Assembly: GCA_014729995.1 (NCBI GenBank)
Contig: WJIZ01000041.1
Location: forward strand, 10,584-74,583
Origin: Candidatus Woesearchaeota archaeon
Lineage (GTDB): Archaea; Nanobdellota; Nanobdellia; Woesearchaeales; WJIZ01
Direction of reading: 5' to 3'
Length of the DNA stretch: 64,000 nucleotides
Part shown: positions 57,744 to 64,000 of the stretch, piece after piece
Position numbering within the stretch: position 1 is the first letter of the stretch
Layout of the letters: each line of letters begins with the position of its first letter
The notes under the pieces: generated by a model
Databases searched by the model: none
What the model was told of the DNA's origin: nothing
Seen by the model: only the letters and a program-made list of their open reading frames with translations
Translations under genes and position numbers: made by a program

Positions 57744-58034
57744 GTGGCCACTAAATCCATATCAAAATGCGTGCTCTGTGGCAGAAAGCGCTACGTAAAT
57801 GATATCCAGTTATGCAAGAGGTGCTCCGGAAAGAAAGAGAGCAGGGAATTATACAAGGAGAAATTTGAAGAGGAGCGCCTGCAGAAAGAGATGGAAGAGG
57901 AGCAGAGAAGAAAAGAGGCAGAGCAGACCAAGGAAGCATTAGAAGAGCAGCAGCCTGAAGAGGAGAAAGAAGAGGAAGAGAAGGAACAGGCAGGCAAAGA
58001 AGAAGAAAAAGCAGAGAAAAAGAAACAGGAATAA
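57744..58034 (+). CDS. Zn-finger protein with Glu/Lys-rich tail
   Basis: CVLCG...CKRC; GTG start after an AGGTGA SD. Confidence 0.65.
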   Translation: MATKSISKCVLCGRKRYVNDIQLCKRCSGKKESRELYKEKFEEERLQKEMEEEQRRKEAEQTKEALEEQQPEEEKEEEEKEQAGKEEEKAEKKKQE

Positions 58035-58195
58035 TATCTTCTGCCAAAAATCAGAAAACCTTAAAAACCTGCAGAAATTTCCATTTTACAGCCCTGCTAG
58101 GGGCAGCCCTTTTTAATTTTCTTCGGTAATTATTGCTTTTTAGCAATTTTTTCCGCAAGCTTTATATACTGCCTTTCGTCTATTATTTTTTTAAG

Positions 58196-59116
58196 ATGGG
58201 TGGTAAATTCAAGGGAAGGGATATAATCTCTATAAGAGATCTTTCTAAGGCTGACTTATTGGCTATTCTGGATGCGGCAAAAAAGCTCGACCAGAAGCCA
58301 AAGCGTGATTTGATGGTGTCAAAAGTGCTCGCAACCCTGTTCTTTGAGCCTTCTACAAGAACAAGGCTGAGTTTTATGAGCGCTATGGAGCGGATGGGAG
58401 GAAAAGTGCTGGGATTTGAGAATACAGAGGTGACCAGCGTGAAAAAAGGGGAAACGCTCTGGGACACCATAAAGATGGTTGCACAGTATGCTGATGTGAT
58501 TGTACAGAGGCATCCTACTGAAGGCGCGGCAAGGCTTGCTGCCGAAGCATCCTCGGTCCCGGTAATAAATGCGGGGGACGGTGCAAACCAGCACCCTACG
58601 CAGACTCTGCTTGATCTCTATACAATCAGGAAAGAAAAGGCTAAGCTGGATAACCTGAACATAGCCTTCGTAGGGGATTTAAAATATGGGAGAACAGTGC
58701 ATTCTTTATGCATAGCATTAAGCCACTTCAGGACAAAACTGTACTTTATCGCCCCGGAAGCATTGCAGATGCCGAAGAGCTACCTCGGCGATCTCGATAA
58801 TAAGAAAATACCCTATATCGTTGAGCAAGACTTGATGAAAGTTGCTCCGGATCTTGACGTGATTTATATGACCCGTATCCAGAAGGAAAGGTTTCCTGAC
58901 CCGGTCGAGTATAATAAGCTGAAAGGCGTGTACAGAATAGATAAGTCCCTGCTTGGCCACACTAAAAAAGACGTAAGGATAATGCATCCCCTTCCGCGCG
59001 TAGACGAGATAAACACAGACCTTGACGATTTCCCTCAGGCAGCTTACTTCAGGCAGGCAGGCAACGGGATTCCGGTAAGGCAGGCAGTTATAGCACTTGT
59101 TTCGGGGATGATGTAA
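58196..59116 (+). CDS. pyrB: Aspartate carbamoyltransferase, catalytic subunit
   Basis: FFEPSTRT, HPTQ, TRIQKER and HPLP motifs; start at ATG 58196. Confidence 0.97.
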   Translation: MGGKFKGRDIISIRDLSKADLLAILDAAKKLDQKPKRDLMVSKVLATLFFEPSTRTRLSFMSAMERMGGKVLGFENTEVTSVKKGETLWDTIKMVAQYADVIVQRHPTEGAARLAAEASSVPVINAGDGANQHPTQTLLDLYTIRKEKAKLDNLNIAFVGDLKYGRTVHSLCIALSHFRTKLYFIAPEALQMPKSYLGDLDNKKIPYIVEQDLMKVAPDLDVIYMTRIQKERFPDPVEYNKLKGVYRIDKSLLGHTKKDVRIMHPLPRVDEINTDLDDFPQAAYFRQAGNGIPVRQAVIALVSGMM

Positions 59117-59117
59117 G

Positions 59118-59585
59118 ATGGCAAAATACCAGGCTAAAAGGGAGATAAAGATACCCGCAATAAAGGACGGCACAGTCATAGACCACATTCCAAGCAGGAT
59201 CACCTTTAAAATCATGCGCTTGATTGACCCCCAGGAATATAACCACACGATTAATCTTGCCCTTAATCTCAACAGCAAAAAAATGGGAAAGAAAGGCATC
59301 ATTAAATTGAGCAGCAGGAAGCTCACCCAGGATGAGGTGAATAAGATTTCGATTCTTGCGCCCAACGCGACAGTCAGCATAATCAGGGATTATGCAGTGA
59401 AAAAAAAGATTGAGGTCAAAATACCCAGGCTGATAGAAAAGATAGTCAGGTGCTCAAATCCGAATTGCATAACAAATGCTGAGGATGTCAGAACAAGGTT
59501 CAGCCTTGTCAGTAAAGAGCCTTTCAGTATAAGGTGCAATTATTGCGAAAGGGCCATGAGCAGGGACGATATTAAGCTAAATTAA
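59118..59585 (+). CDS. pyrI: Aspartate carbamoyltransferase, regulatory subunit
   Basis: GTVIDHI, CSNPNCI and CNYCE motifs. Confidence 0.96.
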   Translation: MAKYQAKREIKIPAIKDGTVIDHIPSRITFKIMRLIDPQEYNHTINLALNLNSKKMGKKGIIKLSSRKLTQDEVNKISILAPNATVSIIRDYAVKKKIEVKIPRLIEKIVRCSNPNCITNAEDVRTRFSLVSKEPFSIRCNYCERAMSRDDIKLN

Positions 59586-59586
59586 G

Positions 59587-60477
59587 ATGATGCTGCACAC
59601 AAAGCTGGGAAAAATAAAATTAAATTCTCCCCTTGTCTTAGCATCAGGAATTCTTGGCACTTCTGTTGAACTGATGCAGAGGGCTGCAGGCAATGGGGCA
59701 GGCGCTGTCACAACCAAGAGCATAGGCCCTGTTGAAAGAGACGGCCACCCTAATCCGACAACAGTTGAGATTGAAAAAGGGTTATATAATGCTGTAGGCC
59801 TGCCAACCCCCGGCTACCTCAACATGGACGATGAGTTTAAGCACTGGAAGAATATAACCGTTCCGCTGATAGCCTCAATCTACGGCTCATCGATAGAAGA
59901 TTATGTTAAGATTGCAAAATATATACAGAAATTCAGGCCTGCGATAATCGAATTAAATATTTCCTGTCCCAACAAGGAAGACGGCATGGCATTCGGCAGC
60001 TCAGCAGAATTGACAGCCAGGCTGGTCAAATCAGTAAAAGCTGCAACAAACATCCCGATAATGCCCAAGCTTACTGCAAACTGCAGCAATATAGTCGAGA
60101 TTGCAGTTGCTTCAGAACAGGCAGGGGCAGACTTTGTCAGCACCATAAACACCATCCTGAAAAAGATTGCTCACCCTGAACTGAAAGCCCCCTTGCTTGC
60201 TTATGGCAAAGGTGGGGTTTCCGGCCCGGCAATAAAAAAGATTGCCTTAAAAAAAGTAAAAGAAGTCAGGGCTGCAGTGGATTTGCCTGTTGTAGGAATC
60301 GGCGGCATAACCTATGGCAAAGACGCGATAGACATGCTCAAAGCAGGGGCAAGCGCAATTGGCATAGGCTCAGCAGTTTACTATCGCGGAATAGGCGCTT
60401 TTGACAAGATAAATAAAGAGATAGAAAAAATAATGAAAAAAAAAGCGTGGAAAAGCATTGGGGAGATAAAATCATAG
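59587..60477 (+). CDS. pyrD: Dihydroorotate dehydrogenase family 1B, catalytic subunit
   Basis: LASG, TTKS, NAVGL, ELNISCPN and GGVSG motifs. Confidence 0.95.
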   Translation: MMLHTKLGKIKLNSPLVLASGILGTSVELMQRAAGNGAGAVTTKSIGPVERDGHPNPTTVEIEKGLYNAVGLPTPGYLNMDDEFKHWKNITVPLIASIYGSSIEDYVKIAKYIQKFRPAIIELNISCPNKEDGMAFGSSAELTARLVKSVKAATNIPIMPKLTANCSNIVEIAVASEQAGADFVSTINTILKKIAHPELKAPLLAYGKGGVSGPAIKKIALKKVKEVRAAVDLPVVGIGGITYGKDAIDMLKAGASAIGIGSAVYYRGIGAFDKINKEIEKIMKKKAWKSIGEIKS

Positions 60478-60490
60478 AAATCATCTGAAA

Positions 60491-61297
60491 ATGCACAAGG
60501 CATACAAGATAAAAGAAATAAAAAGAGAAAACCCAAAGACAGTCAGCATCATTTTAGGGGGGAAAATAAAAAACTATCACCCGGGACAGTTTATAATGCT
60601 CTGGATCCCGGGAATAGATGAGAAGCCCTTTGTCATAACATACCTTAATAAGGACAGCTTTGGCGTAACAATAGAGGAAAAAGGAAAGTTTACTAAAGCG
60701 GCAGCAAGCCTTAAAAAAGGGGATAAGGTCGGAATAAGGGGGCCGTATGGCAGTGGCTTTGATATAAAAGATAATTCGATTATAGTTGTAGGCGGCTTGG
60801 GTATGGCTCCTGCCATGAACTTAATAAAGGGGATAAAAAACTCATTGATAATACAGGGAGCAAAGACTAAAGAGATGCTTCTTTTTCATGAAGACCCCTC
60901 CCTTATTGCCGCAGTAAGGAAAAATAACAACAGGTTACATAAATGCACTGATGACGGCTCATTTGGAAAGCAATGCTTTACAACGCAATATCTCGAGAAA
61001 TTAATAAGCAAAGAAGCAAGGGTCGTCTATACCTGCGGGCCTGAAATCATGATACAGGGCATCTTTAATATATGTGAAAAGCATAATGTTGAATGCCAGG
61101 CTTCTTTGGAGAGGTTTATGAAGTGCGGCATAGGCATCTGCGGAAGCTGCGCCATAAATGATCGGCTTGTCTGCAAAGACGGCCCTGTATTCAGGTCTGA
61201 ACAGATAAGGAAGCTCACAGAATTCGGCAAATTCGCCAGAATGAAATCAGGAAGAAAAGTAAATATCGGGGAGTATTACAAATGGCGCCAAAAATGA
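60491..61297 (+). CDS. pyrK: Dihydroorotate dehydrogenase electron transfer subunit
   Basis: PGQFIM, RGPYG, CGP and MKCGIGICGSC...CKDGPVF motifs. Confidence 0.95.
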   Translation: MHKAYKIKEIKRENPKTVSIILGGKIKNYHPGQFIMLWIPGIDEKPFVITYLNKDSFGVTIEEKGKFTKAAASLKKGDKVGIRGPYGSGFDIKDNSIIVVGGLGMAPAMNLIKGIKNSLIIQGAKTKEMLLFHEDPSLIAAVRKNNNRLHKCTDDGSFGKQCFTTQYLEKLISKEARVVYTCGPEIMIQGIFNICEKHNVECQASLERFMKCGIGICGSCAINDRLVCKDGPVFRSEQIRKLTEFGKFARMKSGRKVNIGEYYKWRQK

Positions 61298-62502
61298 CTT
61301 GCCTGGAAAGCGGTTTAGCTTTTGTAGGCGGAAAGATTGTGAAGAAGAACATCTGCATCTATAAGGGCAGGATTGCAGCGATAGCAGATTCGTGTGTTTC
61401 CGGAAAGAGAGGGATGGAAAAGATAGACTGCACAGGAAAGCTGATATTGCCTGGAATAATCGATTCTCACGTCCATTTCAGGGAGCCGGGCATGGCTCAA
61501 AAAGAGGATTTTTCAACAGGCAGCAAAGCGGCAGCAGCAGGAGGCATAACAACCGTGCTTGATATGCCAAACAACAGGCCACCGGTTCTTACAGTAAGGG
61601 AATTGGAAAAGAAAAGGAAGATAGCGAAAAAGAAATGCCTGGTCAATTACGGCTTCCACTTCGGCAGTTCTAAGGATAACATAAGGGAAATTAAGAAAGC
61701 CAAAAACACAGCTTCCACGAAAATATTTATGAACATTTCGACAGGCGATATGAAGATTGAAGATGAGAATCAGCTTGAAAATATCTTCAGGGCCTCGAAG
61801 GTGATAGCTGTTCATGCAGAAGGCAGTAAAGTAAAGCAGGCAGTAGAACTGGCTAAAAAAACAGGGAAAAGGCTTTACCTGTGCCATATCAGCTCTGAAA
61901 CGGAATTGAGGTATCTGAAGAGAAACAAGCCAAAAAATATTTTCATAGAAGCAACCCCTCACCACCTCTACTTAAAAAGCTCAAAAAGCCCGTTTTTGGA
62001 CGTAAAGCCACGTCTTAAGTCAGACAAAGACAAACAGGCGCTATGGAAAGCGGTCAGCATGGGTTTAATTGACACGATAGGCTCTGACCATGCCCCCCAT
62101 ACAATAAAAGAGAAAAAATCCAAAAATCCTCCTTCCGGCATGCCCGGCGAGGAAACCATGCTTCCTCTAATGCTCGATGCTGTCAACAGGAGGAAAATGG
62201 CTTTAAGGAAATTGGTGCAGCTTTGCTCTGAAAACCCCGCAAAAATATTCGGGATAAAGAACAAAGGCTGCATAAAAGAAGGGCACGATGCAGATCTTAC
62301 AGTCGTTGACATGCATCTAAAGAAGAAAGTGGATTCAGTTAGGTTTTTTACGAAATGCGGGTGGTCTGCTTTTAACAATAAACTATTAAAAGGCTGGCCC
62401 GTAATGACAATTGTAAACGGAAATATCGTGTTTGACAATGGAAAGATAAATTCAAAGATAAAAGGAAAGGAAGTTATATTTGCAGAAGCAGGTTCAAAAT
62501 GA
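61282..62502 (+). CDS. pyrC: Dihydroorotase
   Basis: DSHVHFREPG, DMPN, PHHL and SDHAPH motifs. Confidence 0.93.
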   Translation: MAPKMTCLESGLAFVGGKIVKKNICIYKGRIAAIADSCVSGKRGMEKIDCTGKLILPGIIDSHVHFREPGMAQKEDFSTGSKAAAAGGITTVLDMPNNRPPVLTVRELEKKRKIAKKKCLVNYGFHFGSSKDNIREIKKAKNTASTKIFMNISTGDMKIEDENQLENIFRASKVIAVHAEGSKVKQAVELAKKTGKRLYLCHISSETELRYLKRNKPKNIFIEATPHHLYLKSSKSPFLDVKPRLKSDKDKQALWKAVSMGLIDTIGSDHAPHTIKEKKSKNPPSGMPGEETMLPLMLDAVNRRKMALRKLVQLCSENPAKIFGIKNKGCIKEGHDADLTVVDMHLKKKVDSVRFFTKCGWSAFNNKLLKGWPVMTIVNGNIVFDNGKINSKIKGKEVIFAEAGSK

Positions 62503-63143
62503 CCAAACAGGAAATCGCAGAATCATTGCTGAAGATAAAGGCAGTAGACCTTGATGCAAAAAAGGGCTTTGTTTATGCTTCAGGAAGGAAAGGCCCTATC
62601 TACTGTGATAACCGGCTCATACTCTCTTACCCTGCAGAAAGGGACAAGATCATAGAGGGCTTTCTCTATACAATCAAGGAAAAGAACATTGTCTTTGACA
62701 TTGTAGCTGGAGTGGCAACAGGAGGGATAGCATGGGCGGCTATCCTTGCAGACAGGCTGAAAAAGCCCATGGTGTACATAAGGGCTGCTTCAAAGAATCA
62801 TGGAAAACAGAACCAAATCGAGGGCGAACTTGAAGAGGGAAAGCGCATCCTGATAATTGAAGATCTGGTCAATACAGGCAGCAGTTCAGTAGCAGCCTGC
62901 ATTGCCCTTAAGGAAGAAAGCTGCACAGTAGCAGCCTGCATTGCTGTTTTTAATTACAGCCTTAAAGATGCTGCAAAGCTGTTCACAAAAGAAAAAATTC
63001 CGCTGTATTCCCTCACAGATTTCAGCTCATTAATCAAGACAGCAGCAGATGCCAAATACATCAATGCAGAAGGCAAGAAAATACTGATGGAATGGCAGAA
63101 TAATCCGAAGGCCTGGAAACCTACCCTATCTGGTAAGGACTGA
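62499..63143 (+). CDS. pyrE: Orotate phosphoribosyltransferase
   Basis: SGRKGPIYCDNR and IIEDLVNTGSS motifs. Confidence 0.95.
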   Translation: MTKQEIAESLLKIKAVDLDAKKGFVYASGRKGPIYCDNRLILSYPAERDKIIEGFLYTIKEKNIVFDIVAGVATGGIAWAAILADRLKKPMVYIRAASKNHGKQNQIEGELEEGKRILIIEDLVNTGSSSVAACIALKEESCTVAACIAVFNYSLKDAAKLFTKEKIPLYSLTDFSSLIKTAADAKYINAEGKKILMEWQNNPKAWKPTLSGKD

Positions 63144-63972
63144 CAGAATTTTTGGTTAAATCTTTTTCTAAGTCTTCTGTTGCAAATGCAATACCAATAA
63201 ACCTTTGGATGTATTTTTTATTATTCCGACAGGCATCTTCAAGGGCCTTTATGCCGTCTTCACTCGAAGTAAAATTTATCATTCGCCTTAAGAAAGAACC
63301 GAATTCCTGCAGCTCAAGCGGGCCGCCCATAGCGTCGGGGTTTGTCCAGCAGGATTTGCCTTTCTCGCCCATAACAGCAAAACCATAAACTAAACCATTG
63401 TGCCTGCTTCGGAATATGTTTTCAGTGATATAGACTTCAACTTCTTTGCATTCTTCATCTGTGTAAACTGATAATAATGGACAACTTCCGTCAATTATAT
63501 TACAATCCTCCTCCCCTCCAGAAAATAACATGCCTATATAGTCTTTACTGCCTGAAATCCACCTTACATCAGTAGAAAACAAAGGCGCAGCCCAGGATAT
63601 GGGGTTTCTAAAAAAACGCCTCTTATCTTCCCTGTATCTGAGGGCTTCTAATAACTCGGTGTTAATGTCAAACTCATGCCTTCCCTTTCCGCCATACCTT
63701 GCAATTTCAGATATCCCTCCGGCGGTGAAAGCTAATGGATATGTACTGGTTCCCCCTAAAGCAAGCAATAAGATTGCTCCGATTTCTCCTATAGTGGGCA
63801 GTATCCTATTTGCTATCTTGCCGTTCCTTTCCTCCTTAGCGGCAATTTTAAGAAGGTCATCTAAATCGCTTTTAACAACAACAGTATCCCTAAGAAGTTT
63901 CTCCCTCATAGTAGCCCTCTCAGTAATATTATGCCCAAGATAATATTTTTTGATAAAGCCTGCCACGCCCAT
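63121..63972 (-). CDS. Hypothetical protein
   Basis: 283-aa ORF with a hydrophobic stretch near the N-terminus; no recognisable motif. Confidence 0.6.
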   Translation of the reverse strand: MGVAGFIKKYYLGHNITERATMREKLLRDTVVVKSDLDDLLKIAAKEERNGKIANRILPTIGEIGAILLLALGGTSTYPLAFTAGGISEIARYGGKGRHEFDINTELLEALRYREDKRRFFRNPISWAAPLFSTDVRWISGSKDYIGMLFSGGEEDCNIIDGSCPLLSVYTDEECKEVEVYITENIFRSRHNGLVYGFAVMGEKGKSCWTNPDAMGGPLELQEFGSFLRRMINFTSSEDGIKALEDACRNNKKYIQRFIGIAFATEDLEKDLTKNSVSPYQIG

Positions 63973-64000
63973 GCCAAAAGAAAAACCTATTAGATTTATA

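Overview
Archaeal chromosome segment, most consistent with a DPANN (Woesearchaeota-like) organism. The evidence is archaeal 16S/23S rRNA, dph5, prefoldin, Hel308, uS15, eL41 and BHB-type introns; the taxonomy is inferred, not searched. Main contents: (1) a complete bacterial-type MEP isoprenoid pathway (dxs, ispG, dxr, ispDF, an ispE-ispH fusion) plus a polyprenyl synthase, converging on a geranylgeranyl-reductase-family gene and an FDFT1-type squalene synthase, with a Doc-like toxin/RHH pair and a cold-shock gene inside the cluster; (2) housekeeping genes (ftsZ flanked by repeated RNA hairpins, DNA ligase, ftsY, pfdA, prs, scpA, dut, tmk); (3) seven tRNAs, six of them carrying nine introns in total, including a tRNA-Ile(UAU); (4) a 16S-tRNA(Ala)-23S operon with three short BHB-type rRNA introns; (5) an orphan GHKL/MORC-type ATPase; (6) a roughly 18 kb redox and oxidative-stress region with several microproteins missed by the ORF track, notably a stand-alone 39-aa NrdD glycyl-radical segment and an 11-aa Cys-rich peptide, and a circularly permuted CcdA; (7) a pyrB-I-D-K-C-E operon. 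No CRISPR array or intact transposase was seen. All calls come from reading motifs by eye, and the rRNA ends are approximate.
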